Source of the DNA: Bacilli bacterium
Lineage (GTDB): Bacteria > Bacillota_I > Bacilli_A > RFN20 > CAG-826
DNA: 64,000 bases
Direction of reading: 5' to 3'
Assembly: GCA_017651165.1 (NCBI GenBank)
Contig: JAGCDH010000012.1
Location: forward strand, 22,595-86,594
The position numbers and the translations under genes are program-made. The notes under the pieces were generated by a model. The model searched no databases, was not told where the DNA came from, and was given only the letters and a program-made list of their open reading frames with translations. Below, one piece after another: positions 1-9,278 of the stretch. The number at the start of each line of letters is the position of its first letter. Positions within the stretch are counted from its first letter, which is position 1.

Positions 1-76
1 TAGCCAAAGCCTCTTGTGTTAAATTGTTCTTCTTTCTAAATTCTCTGATCTTCGGACCAATCATTTGTTTAGCCAT
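1..76 (-). CDS. XRE-family helix-turn-helix transcriptional regulator (partial, runs off window start)
   Basis: Read by hand: MAKQMIGPKIREFRKKNNLTQEALA, a typical HTH_3 N-terminus; AGGAG SD upstream of the ATG at 76. Confidence 0.85.
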   Translation of the reverse strand, partial: MAKQMIGPKIREFRKKNNLTQEALA

Positions 77-242
77 ATTAAGTTTCTCCTGTTCATTAGC
101 CCTAACAAGCGAAAAGACGTTGCCTAGAGCATTCTCTTAAAATCACGGAAATATCTTTCATCTGTATAATATCAATTCGTTGTCTATTTTACAACTGAAT
201 ATAAACAGTTTTAAGATTTCTACTCGTTGAGTAAAATTAAAA

Positions 243-884
243 ATGATGAAAAGATCTGAAAGAATCAGAATAATTGTTGGCGCAATGATTAATATCATTG
301 TCTTTTGCCTAAGTGTTTATTGTCTTTCTACTTTCATCAGATACGCTATACATGGAAACCCAGATAATCGTTTTAGATATTTCACTAATATTTCCACATT
401 AACTGTTGGTTTCATCGCCCTACCAAACGCTGTTTTACTTGTGGTATCTGCAATTAAAGGAAGGATGATTTATCCGACATTCTTATCGATCGTCAAATTT
501 ATTGGCCTATCAATGATCTCTCTTACATTCTTTACAGTTCTATGCTTTATAGCGCCTTTATCTAGCTTCAAGAGCATGTATCAAAACATGCGCTTTATTA
601 CCCATCTTGTCATACCTATTTTAGTAATGGCCTCCTATTTCTTCCTTGAAGAAAAAACTATGTTTGAATGGAAACTATCGATGATCGGTGTTGTGCCATC
701 CATTATCTACACAGCTATTTATGGTATTAATGTCGTTTTATTAAAAACATGGGATGACATTTATAAAGTTAATAACGATGGATTATGGTTTCTTTTTGCC
801 TCTCTGGTAGTCCTATTCAACTTTGCAATTTGCCTGGGCTTATATTTTGCAAAGAGAGCATTGATAAAAAAGCTTTCTAAGTAG
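243..884 (+). CDS. Pr6Pr-like integral membrane protein
   Basis: About 6 hydrophobic segments; YFTNIS and HLVIP motifs resemble the Pr6Pr/FAR-17a-like family. Confidence 0.6.
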   Translation: MMKRSERIRIIVGAMINIIVFCLSVYCLSTFIRYAIHGNPDNRFRYFTNISTLTVGFIALPNAVLLVVSAIKGRMIYPTFLSIVKFIGLSMISLTFFTVLCFIAPLSSFKSMYQNMRFITHLVIPILVMASYFFLEEKTMFEWKLSMIGVVPSIIYTAIYGINVVLLKTWDDIYKVNNDGLWFLFASLVVLFNFAICLGLYFAKRALIKKLSK

Positions 885-914
885 AAGTCATTTATTAGTT
901 AGTGTTTTGACTTA

Positions 915-1583
915 TTACTTAGCGTAAAAGATGGTGTTCTTATGGAACGCTCCAAAAGCAAAACCAAAGTTTAAGAATAATGGCATATTTTTATATGCGC
1001 TAAAAGTTGTTCTGCTTATGAATTCTTTGGTGGTTACATTTTCAATGTATCCATAAGGGTTATAGACTGTGACATTATCATTTTGTAAATCTAATCCGCT
1101 AACAACAGAGAAATGTAATGTCCAGGCGTTTTCATATTTTGCCGCCCATTCAATAGCGACAGGATTATTTTTCTTTAAAGAATCGTGAATCTCCTTTAAT
1201 AAGACATTATGTTTTAAATAAGTTCTTTTAACAAACGACTTAGATGGGATGGATTTATTAATTTCCTTAAGGAAACCATCGGTAGAGGCAGTAGAAATTG
1301 CTTTGTTTCTAGCGTCTAATTCATCTTCGGTTATGGGGCTACCATAATAGGCCGAAATCATCTCAATAGAAGCATAGCCACAAGAGACGTGTTGTGTTAC
1401 TAGTTCAAAGCCAGTAACCTCCACTTTTTCTTTATAAGCTGCATCTTCTTTTAAATAAGAATAATCAGCTTTTAAATTAGCGGTCTTTATACCTAGAATA
1501 GCAAAAGGGATTGCTACCACTAATCCAAGAGTCAAAACTACGCTTGATAGTGAGATTAGAATAACCTTAGTTCTCTTTTTCAT
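915..1583 (-). CDS. Membrane-anchored papain-like (C39-like) cysteine peptidase family protein
   Basis: N-terminal TM; QHVSCGYAS (Cys), HFSVVSG (His), YNPYG (Asn where DP is usual). Confidence 0.65.
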   Translation of the reverse strand: MKKRTKVILISLSSVVLTLGLVVAIPFAILGIKTANLKADYSYLKEDAAYKEKVEVTGFELVTQHVSCGYASIEMISAYYGSPITEDELDARNKAISTASTDGFLKEINKSIPSKSFVKRTYLKHNVLLKEIHDSLKKNNPVAIEWAAKYENAWTLHFSVVSGLDLQNDNVTVYNPYGYIENVTTKEFISRTTFSAYKNMPLFLNFGFAFGAFHKNTIFYAK

Positions 1584-1600
1584 AACCTCGCCATTATAAC

Positions 1601-1630
1601 AAAAAAAGCCGTCACGTGTACGGCTTTTTT
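1601..1630. terminator. Intrinsic terminator after rpsR (bidirectional form)
   Basis: A7-GCCGT-cacgtgt-ACGGC-T6 hairpin. Confidence 0.8.
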
Positions 1631-1645
1631 ATGTTTTTTAACTAA

Positions 1646-1873
1646 TTAGTCAGCAACGTATGGAAGAAGCGCCATAAATCTTGCGTTCTTAATTGCTTTG
1701 GCTAATTCTCTTTGGTGTTTAGCACATGTGCCTGTTGCTCTTCTGGTGGAAATCTTACCATTTGGAGTAATCATTGTTTTTAAGAGTTCAACGTCTTTAT
1801 AATCAATGAATTTAGATTTGTTCTTACAGAAGATACAAACTTTTTTATGTGGTCTAACTTTTCTAAATGCCAT
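1646..1873 (-). CDS. rpsR: 30S ribosomal protein S18
   Basis: [34 protein letters not shown]; rpsF-ssb-rpsR order. Confidence 0.98.
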   Translation of the reverse strand: MAFRKVRPHKKVCIFCKNKSKFIDYKDVELLKTMITPNGKISTRRATGTCAKHQRELAKAIKNARFMALLPYVAD

Positions 1874-1893
1874 AATTATTTACCTTTCTTTCA

Positions 1894-2322
1894 TTAAAAT
1901 GGAAGATCGTCATCTGGCAAATCAATAGAATCTAAATTGCTGTTTGCAGGAGCTTGGATGTCATCGAATTTTGGTTCTTCGACAGCGTTATTTTCTCTAT
2001 TTGGATTTGGATCTAAGAATGTAACACTATCAACAACGATTTCGATAACTTTACCTTTGGTACCATCTCTGCGTTCAAAATTTCTTTGATTTAAACTGCC
2101 ATCGACTGCGACCTTTGAACCTTTTCTTGTGGATTTTACCAAATTCTCAGCTTGATCTCTGAAGACACGGCAATCGATGAAGATCGTACCTCTGGTACCA
2201 TCTTGTTCTCTAATGCGGTTATCAACAGCAAGGGTGAATGTGGCAAAGCTCACATCAGAACTGGTTTTTCTTAGTTCTGGATCTTTAACTAAACGACCCA
2301 CTAAGACGACTCTGTTTACCAT
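1894..2322 (-). CDS. ssb: Single-stranded DNA-binding protein
   Basis: NRVVLVGRLVKDPELR start; C-terminal DDDLPF. Confidence 0.98.
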   Translation of the reverse strand: MVNRVVLVGRLVKDPELRKTSSDVSFATFTLAVDNRIREQDGTRGTIFIDCRVFRDQAENLVKSTRKGSKVAVDGSLNQRNFERRDGTKGKVIEIVVDSVTFLDPNPNRENNAVEEPKFDDIQAPANSNLDSIDLPDDDLPF

Positions 2323-2335
2323 ATGTTAGTCCTCC

Positions 2336-2626
2336 TTATTCTTGGTCAACTGTGACTAAGTGACGTAACACGGCTGGATTGATTTTGACTTTACGATTGA
2401 ATTGATAAAGTGCAGTCTCATCGGCAGACACTTTGAGCACGACATAGAAACCTTTGGTTTCATCGTTAATTGGGTACGCTAATTCGCGGAGACCTAATTT
2501 AACGTCTGTGTTTTTAACTTTAGCGCCATTGTCTTCGAGAAGTTTTTGCAAATCTTGCATAGCAGCTTCACGATCGGCGTCAGCTAAGTCGGCTTTCAAA
2601 ATGTACATGATTTCGTAATTGCGCAT
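2336..2626 (-). CDS. rpsF: 30S ribosomal protein S6
   Basis: MRNYEIMYIL..GLRELAYPI..GFYV..VLRHL. Confidence 0.97.
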   Translation of the reverse strand: MRNYEIMYILKADLADADREAAMQDLQKLLEDNGAKVKNTDVKLGLRELAYPINDETKGFYVVLKVSADETALYQFNRKVKINPAVLRHLVTVDQE

Positions 2627-2680
2627 TTTATATACCTCCCTTTGGTCTAATGGCTACCATATTCTCTTGGTAGCAGAGAT
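2627..2680 (-). promoter_or_regulatory. S6:S18-binding ribosomal leader (autoregulatory)
   Basis: Minus strand TCTCT-GCTACCA-agagaata-TGGTAGC-CATTAGACCAAAGGGAGGT directly before the rpsF ATG; architecture resembles Bacilli rpsF leaders. Confidence 0.7.
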
Positions 2681-2708
2681 TTGTGCTTAATAAATACTAA
2701 GCGTGTCA

Positions 2709-2737
2709 ATTATACAGGTGTCAAAAGCATTTGTAAA
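2709..2737 (-). promoter_or_regulatory. Sigma-A promoter of the rpsF operon
   Basis: TTTACA-17 nt-TATAAT on the minus strand. Confidence 0.8.
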
Positions 2738-2780
2738 GCGCATGTACGCACTATTGTGCTTGGTAGCGGGCAAAAGCCCG

Positions 2781-2808
2781 TTGACAAGTGCTATGCGAGT
2801 GTTATAAT
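2781..2808 (+). promoter_or_regulatory. Consensus sigma-A promoter with no annotated downstream gene
   Basis: TTGACA (2781-2786), 16-nt spacer ending TGn, TATAAT (2803-2808). Confidence 0.8.
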
Positions 2809-2856
2809 GAAGGTGCTTGTTGGATCCTCGTTTCGAGGACCCTTTTTATTAAACGT

Positions 2857-2922
2857 TTAGTGGCGTTTAACATATTCAAGCATCAACAAAATAACAACGA
2901 GAATTATCACTAATTCCTGCAT
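2857..2922 (-). CDS. Small hydrophobic peptide MQELVIILVVILLMLEYVKRH (type I toxin-like)
   Basis: Hand-translated 21-aa ORF below the ORF-track cutoff; single TM-like core and basic C-terminus; no SD immediately upstream. Confidence 0.5.
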   Translation of the reverse strand: MQELVIILVVILLMLEYVKRH

Positions 2923-3040
2923 AAACTTGGCGCCAACGGAGCAGATGCCCTATTAAATGTCTCATGGATTGTCTCCTTTCGGCATTTAAACCAAGCATAT
3001 GTAGAAGCATTATTGGCAGTTAGACCATTAGGCACAACCA

Positions 3041-3076
3041 AAAAGTGCTCCTATTAAACCAATAGAAGCGTTTTTT
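3041..3076. terminator. Bidirectional terminator-like hairpin
   Basis: A4-GTGCTCCTATT-aaacc-AATAGAAGCGT-T5; a T tract follows on both strands. Confidence 0.65.
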
Positions 3077-3103
3077 GATTTTTGTCCAAAATATTTTATG
3101 CAG

Positions 3104-3135
3104 AAAGAAAAAGGAGCAAAGCTCCTTATTTTTTT
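3104..3135 (-). terminator. Terminator after lysS
   Basis: AAGGAGC-ttt-GCTCCTT followed by TTTCTTT on the minus strand. Confidence 0.75.
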
Positions 3136-4618
3136 ATCTATCCCTCATTGTTGGGAAGAGAATGATTTCACGGATCTGTTGTTGGTTCGTTAATAGCATC
3201 ACGAATCTATCAATACCCATGCCCACGCCGCCTGTTGGAGGCATACCATACTCGAGCGCTTCCACAAAGTCTTTGTCCATTTCACTAGCTTCTTCGTCGC
3301 CTAGTTTCTTGGCTTCGAGTTGAGCGGCAAATCTTTGTTCTTGATCGATTGGGTCATTTAATTCTGTATAAGCATTAGCGAGTTCTTTGCCATTAACGAA
3401 TAATTCAAATCTTTGAACGAATCTTGGATCTTTTTCTTTCTTGGTTAATGGAGAAACTTCGATTGGGTATTCATAAACAAAGGTAGGTTGGATTAAATCT
3501 GCCTGGCAGTATTCTTCAAAGAATTCATTCATGACATAACCAACGGTGTTTTTGAACTTGTCTAAACGTAAACCTTTTTGATCTGCTAAGGCTTTTGCTT
3601 CTTCGTATGTTTTGATTTGTTTGAAATCGATTCCACATTTTTCTTTAATCAAATCATTCATGGAAATCCATCTGAATGGTGATTTGAAATCAATATCACG
3701 GTCCCCGTATTTCACTATAGCAGAGCCAGTAACTTCTTTAGCGGTATTTCTGATCATCTTTTCAGTAAGAGCACCAATACCTTTTAAGTCAGTATAGGCT
3801 TGATAGATTTCAATACTTGTGAACTCTGGATTATGGGAAGCGTCCATACCTTCATTACGGAACAATCTACCAATTTCATACACTCTTTCCATACCACCAA
3901 CGATTAAACGTTTGAGGTTAAGTTCAGTAGCGATTCTTAAGTAGAAATCTTTATCTAAAGTATTGTGATGGGTAACGAATGGACGAGCAGCGGCACCACC
4001 TAATGTTGGCGAAAGAATTGAAGTTTCAACTTCAACGAATCCTTGTCCATCTAAGAAGCGTTGGATACTACGAACGATTTGTGGCCTCATGAAGGCAACT
4101 TTACGAGCTTCATCATTCATGATTAAGTCGAGGTATCTTCTTCTAGAACGTTCTTCAACATCGGTTAAACCATGGAATTTTTCTGGTAATGGGTGTAAGC
4201 ACTTAGTTAAGTGGATGAACTTTTTGGCTTTGATAGTCAATTCGCCAGTTCTAGTGAGATTCATGACACCTTTGATGCCAACGATATCACCGATATCGGC
4301 CATCTTGAAAAGTTCATAGTTCTTTTTACCTAAGTTATCTAAAGATAAGTAGACTTGCATATTACCTGTCTTATCTTGAATGTTCATAAATGAGGCTTTA
4401 CCCATTTTTCTGATGGCTTTAATACGTCCCGCCACAGAAACATGTAAGTCCATTTTTTCTAATTTAGCAGCATTCTTTTTAGCGCAAAGCTCTCTAATTT
4501 CTTGGAAGGAATTAGAAACTTTGAAGGCTTGTCCGTATGGATCTAAACCTAATTCTTGGTATTTTTTGAGTTTCTCAAGACGGTTTAATTCTTGGTCGTT
4601 TAATTCATTAATGTTCAT
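3134..4618 (-). CDS. lysS: Lysine--tRNA ligase (class II)
   Basis: RRRYLDLI, GGAAARPF, YLRIATEL, FRNEG, YGMPPTGG.GMGIDR. Confidence 0.98.
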   Translation of the reverse strand: MNINELNDQELNRLEKLKKYQELGLDPYGQAFKVSNSFQEIRELCAKKNAAKLEKMDLHVSVAGRIKAIRKMGKASFMNIQDKTGNMQVYLSLDNLGKKNYELFKMADIGDIVGIKGVMNLTRTGELTIKAKKFIHLTKCLHPLPEKFHGLTDVEERSRRRYLDLIMNDEARKVAFMRPQIVRSIQRFLDGQGFVEVETSILSPTLGGAAARPFVTHHNTLDKDFYLRIATELNLKRLIVGGMERVYEIGRLFRNEGMDASHNPEFTSIEIYQAYTDLKGIGALTEKMIRNTAKEVTGSAIVKYGDRDIDFKSPFRWISMNDLIKEKCGIDFKQIKTYEEAKALADQKGLRLDKFKNTVGYVMNEFFEEYCQADLIQPTFVYEYPIEVSPLTKKEKDPRFVQRFELFVNGKELANAYTELNDPIDQEQRFAAQLEAKKLGDEEASEMDKDFVEALEYGMPPTGGVGMGIDRFVMLLTNQQQIREIILFPTMRDR

Positions 4619-4682
4619 AATGCTGCTCCTTTGAATGCACGTTAATACTATATACGAGTTTTTTGACTCAAAAAAGTCAAAA

Positions 4683-5660
4683 TTACATTTTCAAATATTC
4701 CTGCTTAAATTCATCCAATATATTGATGAGTGATTGGTATGTGGTTAATGACGTTGCTAAGACCGTTCTAAGCGTTCTTGAATTAGCGAACCCCGCAAAG
4801 AATTTAGGGGCAATACTACGATAAATACGCATCGCAGTTAATTCACCTTTTTCTTCCACCATTGCTTTAGCAAGTTCCAAACAATACTCGCATTGTTCTA
4901 AGAAAGAAGGATTAGGTAATCTTTCACCTGTTTCATAAAAAGCTTTGATTTGCTTAATCAAAAACGGGTTACCAACACCACCTCTAGCCACCATCACGGC
5001 TTCCGCTCCTGTGATTTCTAACGCTTTAATCGCGTCATCTAGCGTATAAATGTTTCCAGATACCATCAATGGTACTGTCATTTCTTTTCTTAAATCTTTG
5101 AGTAGTTCGTAGTGAGGTTCACCAGAATAGAGTTCTTTTCTAGTCCTGGCATGAATGCCAATTGCATCAACACCAGCGGCCTCAAGTTCTTTAATGACCT
5201 CTTTAAAGTTAACCTCGTTATAGCCTAATCTAATCTTCGCAGTAACTGGCTTATTTGTGGCCTCTTTAATAGCCCTGATGATGTCTCCAGCAAGCTTTGG
5301 ATGGAGCATTAAAGAAGAGCCCGCTCCAGTCTTTGTGACCTTTGGAACTGGACACCCCATATTCACATCAATAAAATCGATATTTCTGTTTAATTGTAGG
5401 ACTATTTCCGTGGCTTTTTTGATATTTTCCGGGTTTGAACCGAATAATTGGACCCCGGTAACTACTTGATCTTTATCGAAGGTCACATAGCTTTCTGTTT
5501 CTTTATTTTTGTAGATTAGGCCCATATCAGAAACCATCTCGGTAACACAGATATCCACACCAAAAGAATTGAGGTATTTTCGATAACCTGCACTTGTGAT
5601 TCCTGCCATTGGGGCAAGAACGATTCTTCCTTTGATTTCAATATTGCCTAATTTCCACAT
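4683..5660 (-). CDS. dusB: tRNA-dihydrouridine synthase (NifR3/DusB family)
   Basis: LAPMAG, DVNMGCP, KIRLG, HARTR, ARG..GNP; ATG at 5660 preferred over GTG at 5681. Confidence 0.92.
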   Translation of the reverse strand: MWKLGNIEIKGRIVLAPMAGITSAGYRKYLNSFGVDICVTEMVSDMGLIYKNKETESYVTFDKDQVVTGVQLFGSNPENIKKATEIVLQLNRNIDFIDVNMGCPVPKVTKTGAGSSLMLHPKLAGDIIRAIKEATNKPVTAKIRLGYNEVNFKEVIKELEAAGVDAIGIHARTRKELYSGEPHYELLKDLRKEMTVPLMVSGNIYTLDDAIKALEITGAEAVMVARGGVGNPFLIKQIKAFYETGERLPNPSFLEQCEYCLELAKAMVEEKGELTAMRIYRSIAPKFFAGFANSRTLRTVLATSLTTYQSLINILDEFKQEYLKM

Positions 5661-5693
5661 AATGAAAGGAAGGATTTTCACCTTCCTAATTAA

Positions 5694-7745
5694 TTATTTG
5701 TTTTCTTCAGCTGGAGCTTCAACCTTTGGTTCTTCTACCGTCTGTTCGTTTTGCGCTTCAGCTTCAATTTTCTTTTCATCACGTTTTAGATGACGATTTT
5801 CCATTAAGTAATCGATTTCTTCAGCGGTGATTTGTTCATGCTCCATCAAAGTCTTTGCAAGCAAGATTACATCTTCCTTGTTTTCTTTGATGACTTTGAG
5901 AGCTTCTTTGTGAGCATTTTCAATAATGGCACGAATCTCAGCATCAATCTTTGTTGCGGTCTCAACAGAGAAATTCTTTTGGGTTGATGTGTAGTCTCTT
6001 CCTAAGAAGACACTACCGGTATCTCTTTCATATTGGATTGGTCCTAAGGAAGACATACCTAATTCACACACCATGACACGCGCAATCTGGGTAGCGACTT
6101 CGATATCGTTTTGAGCGCCACTAGAAACATCGTCGAAGAATGTTTCTTCACTGGAACGACCGCCTAAATAACCAACGATACGAGCTTCTAATTCTTTCTT
6201 AGTCAATAAGAAGCGATCTTCTTCAGGTGTCATACGGACATGGCCGCCTGTATTACCACGAGGAATGATTGTAATCTTTTGAACCTTATCGGAATGAGGA
6301 TATCTTAAGCCAATAATCGCATGGCCTGCTTCATGATACGCCACGACTTCTTTTTCGTGTTCGCTCAAAGAGCGAGAAGATTTAGCAGGACCCGCTACTC
6401 TTCTATCAATAGCTTCATCAATATCATCAACAGAGATTTTATCTCTATTGGCACGGACTGCTAAAATGGCAGCTTCGTTCATGATATTTTCAATATCAGC
6501 ACCAGAGAAACCAACAGTACGGCGAGCAATGTTTTCAAAGTTGATATCGTTTTCTAAGAACTTGTTACGAGCATGAACTTTGAAAATCGCTTCTCTACCT
6601 TTTCTATCTGGTAATGAAACTGTAATCTTTCTATCGAAACGACCAGCTCTTAATAAAGCAGGGTCTAAAACGTCGTCTCTATTAGTGGCCGCGATAACGA
6701 TAATGCCTGAATTATCATTAAAGCCATCCATTTCAACAAGTAATTGGTTAAGTGTTTGTTCACGTTCATCGTTACCACCGCCTAAACCAGCACCTCTTTG
6801 TCTACCAACAGCATCGATTTCATCAATGAAGACTAAACATGGGGCATTTTCTTTGGCAATTCGGAACATATCACGTACACGTCCCGCACCAACGCCGACA
6901 AACATCTCAACGAAATCAGAACCGGAAATAGAGAAGAATGGTACGCCAGCTTCACCGGCAACAGCCTTAGCAAGTAAGGTCTTACCACATCCCGGAGGGC
7001 CCACTAAGAGGACACCCTTTGGTAACTTAGCACCAAATCTGGTGAATTTCCTTGGATCTTTTAGATAGTAAACAAGTTCTTCCATTTCAGCTTTCTCTTC
7101 ATCTGCACCAGCAACATCAGAGAATCTAACTTTGGAAGTAGCTTTTCTTGCGCGTGAGCGATTAAAATCCATTGCTTGTCTATTCGCACCATTAACGGTG
7201 GATGACATTCTGGATAACAAGAAGATCATGATAAGGGCAGAGCCACCAATCAAAATGATTGTTGGACCCCATTGATCCCACCATGAAACGCTATATGGAT
7301 TAGCAGTATTGTTTTCTTTGAATTTGACAACTGGATCTTCGTGGTATGTTTGATAAGCATGACCAATGATATCTCTTAATGTACAAACGTCTTTGTCATC
7401 AATAGTACCATCGTTGTTAAAGTCAGCAACATACCATGCGTTTGGTGTGTCTAAGACACCACCATCAAATGTAATTGTGTAATTAGCCTTGGTCTTCCTA
7501 GCGTCATCAGTAAAATATTTACCTCTAACGGTAGTAAAGTTCTCGCCGGAAACAACTTGAACTTCAGTAACACGACCATTGTAAAGATAGTTCATGAAAG
7601 CATACTTATCATCAAGCGTTGTAGCGGTATTTGAGTTAGAAAAGATGAAGTAAGCGACTAAGGCAATAATAGCCGCGACGATAAAAATAGAGAAAATAAA
7701 ACTTCTGGATACACCCGGTCTCGGTTGTCTGTTTTCTTCGTCCAT
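5694..7745 (-). CDS. ftsH: ATP-dependent zinc metalloprotease FtsH
   Basis: Two TMs, [17 protein letters not shown] region, HEAGH. Confidence 0.98.
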   Translation of the reverse strand: MDEENRQPRPGVSRSFIFSIFIVAAIIALVAYFIFSNSNTATTLDDKYAFMNYLYNGRVTEVQVVSGENFTTVRGKYFTDDARKTKANYTITFDGGVLDTPNAWYVADFNNDGTIDDKDVCTLRDIIGHAYQTYHEDPVVKFKENNTANPYSVSWWDQWGPTIILIGGSALIMIFLLSRMSSTVNGANRQAMDFNRSRARKATSKVRFSDVAGADEEKAEMEELVYYLKDPRKFTRFGAKLPKGVLLVGPPGCGKTLLAKAVAGEAGVPFFSISGSDFVEMFVGVGAGRVRDMFRIAKENAPCLVFIDEIDAVGRQRGAGLGGGNDEREQTLNQLLVEMDGFNDNSGIIVIAATNRDDVLDPALLRAGRFDRKITVSLPDRKGREAIFKVHARNKFLENDINFENIARRTVGFSGADIENIMNEAAILAVRANRDKISVDDIDEAIDRRVAGPAKSSRSLSEHEKEVVAYHEAGHAIIGLRYPHSDKVQKITIIPRGNTGGHVRMTPEEDRFLLTKKELEARIVGYLGGRSSEETFFDDVSSGAQNDIEVATQIARVMVCELGMSSLGPIQYERDTGSVFLGRDYTSTQKNFSVETATKIDAEIRAIIENAHKEALKVIKENKEDVILLAKTLMEHEQITAEEIDYLMENRHLKRDEKKIEAEAQNEQTVEEPKVEAPAEENK

Positions 7746-7821
7746 ACAATTTCCTCCTTCAAGCAGTGTTGATTTATTTTACTATAATTTCTTTATTTAT
7801 AAAAAGAAAAACGCTTAAATG

Positions 7822-9030
7822 TTAAATTTTGACCTTGAAGTTCATGTTTTCTTCCACGATGAAATCTTTTCTATAGCGTGGAACATACACAATAATGCCA
7901 TCTTTGTTAATAATTATTGGCCAGCGATTTCTTAAAGAGACAGGCATCTTCCAATCGATAAATAATCTTCTTAATTCCTTTTCGTAATCTTTAATCTTGT
8001 AAGCGTCGTTTGGACGAGCGTTTCTAATAGTTAAAGGATAGTCATCTGGGAAAACATTTCTGTTAGAAGTATCACCATTGAAATCTAAGGAGAAATAAGG
8101 AGTATCTAATTTGCCTGGTGCATCAAGTTTATATTCATAATCGCATGACGCAGCATCTTCTTTAATGGTGAATGAGTCATATTCTTTCAAGAAACATAGT
8201 TCATCTACAGTTAAGGAGATGTTCGGTTTATCAGAATTAAGAACTTTACGTAATTCTTCGCCTTGTTCTTTGGAAATGGTAAAGTCCGCTTTAATCTTAC
8301 GTCCTAAGGCCACGATAGCGTATAAGAACTCTGTATCATTTAACCTATTATAATCTTCAATCTTATTAGAATTAATCTTGGAAATCTTATCAAATATCTC
8401 AGCGAGGTTCTTATTTTCGGAATCAATCTCTTGTAAGATTTGTTTTCTTTCTTCCACAGACATCTGTTCCACGACACTATGTCTGATTTGGTTTCTAAGG
8501 AAGTGATCTTCAAGGTTTGTTTTGTCAATAGCGTAAGGCACACTGAACATACGGCAATAGATCAATAATTCCTTCTTGCGATACTTCAATAATGGCCTGA
8601 TAATCTCGACATCTGTAAAATAGGAAATTTCCTTAATTCCGAAATAATTAACGAGGTTTTTACGCCTTTTTTGCATTAAATAAGTTTCAATTAGGTCATC
8701 TTCTTGGTGGGCAACAAGCAAGGCATCAAAGCCGTTTTGTTTGACCACATCAATAAAGAAGTTATAGCGGATATCACGGCATTTAGCTTCAAGATTATTA
8801 TCACCAAGATTCTCTCTTACACTTTTAACGAAGATTCCAACGCCATGAGTTAAGCAATAATTCCTTAATTCAATCTCTTCATCATCGGATTCGCTTCTTA
8901 AATGATAATTGACATGAGCGACTGCAAATCGATAACCTTCTTTTAATAACATATCAAACAAGGCCATTGAATCTGGTCCAAATGAACACGCCAATAAGTA
9001 CTTTTTGTTTTTTTCTAAATTAAGCATCAC
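7822..9030 (-). CDS. tilS: tRNA(Ile)-lysidine synthase
   Basis: SFGPDS, HVNYHLR, RY.FF, AHQEDD.ET, IIRPLL, RNQIRH. Confidence 0.95.
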   Translation of the reverse strand: MMLNLEKNKKYLLACSFGPDSMALFDMLLKEGYRFAVAHVNYHLRSESDDEEIELRNYCLTHGVGIFVKSVRENLGDNNLEAKCRDIRYNFFIDVVKQNGFDALLVAHQEDDLIETYLMQKRRKNLVNYFGIKEISYFTDVEIIRPLLKYRKKELLIYCRMFSVPYAIDKTNLEDHFLRNQIRHSVVEQMSVEERKQILQEIDSENKNLAEIFDKISKINSNKIEDYNRLNDTEFLYAIVALGRKIKADFTISKEQGEELRKVLNSDKPNISLTVDELCFLKEYDSFTIKEDAASCDYEYKLDAPGKLDTPYFSLDFNGDTSNRNVFPDDYPLTIRNARPNDAYKIKDYEKELRRLFIDWKMPVSLRNRWPIIINKDGIIVYVPRYRKDFIVEENMNFKVKI

Positions 9031-9277
9031 TATTCACCTTCTTTGTTAATACTTCTTTATAAGTTGGGAATTCCCTTTTAAATCTTTCAACGAAAGATAT
9101 CTCGACTACTAAAACGCGATTTCCTAAGCGAAGTTCTAAAAGATCTCCGCTTTTTACTTCGCTAGATGGTTTGGCCACTCGATCGTTAATTAAAATACGA
9201 CCACGCTCCGCTAATTCTTTAGCGACAGTCCTTCTTTTAATTAATCCTGATTGTTTTAAAACTAAGTCTAGTCTCAT
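9020..9277 (-). CDS. yabO: S4-domain RNA-binding protein (YabO/RqcP)
   Basis: MRLD...LIKRRTVAKE..GRI.IN..AKPSSEVK.GD; located between mfd and tilS. Confidence 0.9.
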   Translation of the reverse strand: MRLDLVLKQSGLIKRRTVAKELAERGRILINDRVAKPSSEVKSGDLLELRLGNRVLVVEISFVERFKREFPTYKEVLTKKVNSDA

Positions 9278-9278
9278 T

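Larger units (their letters stand above)
2813..3076 (+). ncRNA. Candidate structured non-coding or antisense RNA (family unassigned)
   Basis: Lies between the consensus promoter and a hairpin+T6 at 3041-3076; contains several stems (2822-2842, 2849-2870, 2901-2916, 2917-3004); 5' GTGCTTGTTGG can pair with 3' CCATTAGGCAC. Confidence 0.45.

Noticed and set aside
88-130. Imperfect hairpin in the leader of the XRE regulator
   Set aside because: It needs two bulges, does not cover the SD and matches no riboswitch I recognise
2812-3040. tmRNA (3' ACCA and an NNNENYH* reading reminiscent of the ANDENY tag)
   Set aside because: No GGGG 5' end, no G3.U70 pair, no T-arm, and the region is too short
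2812-3076. SRP RNA or RNase P RNA
   Set aside because: No CAGG-GNRA-AGCAG domain IV motif and no GAGGAAAGTC P4 motif on either strand
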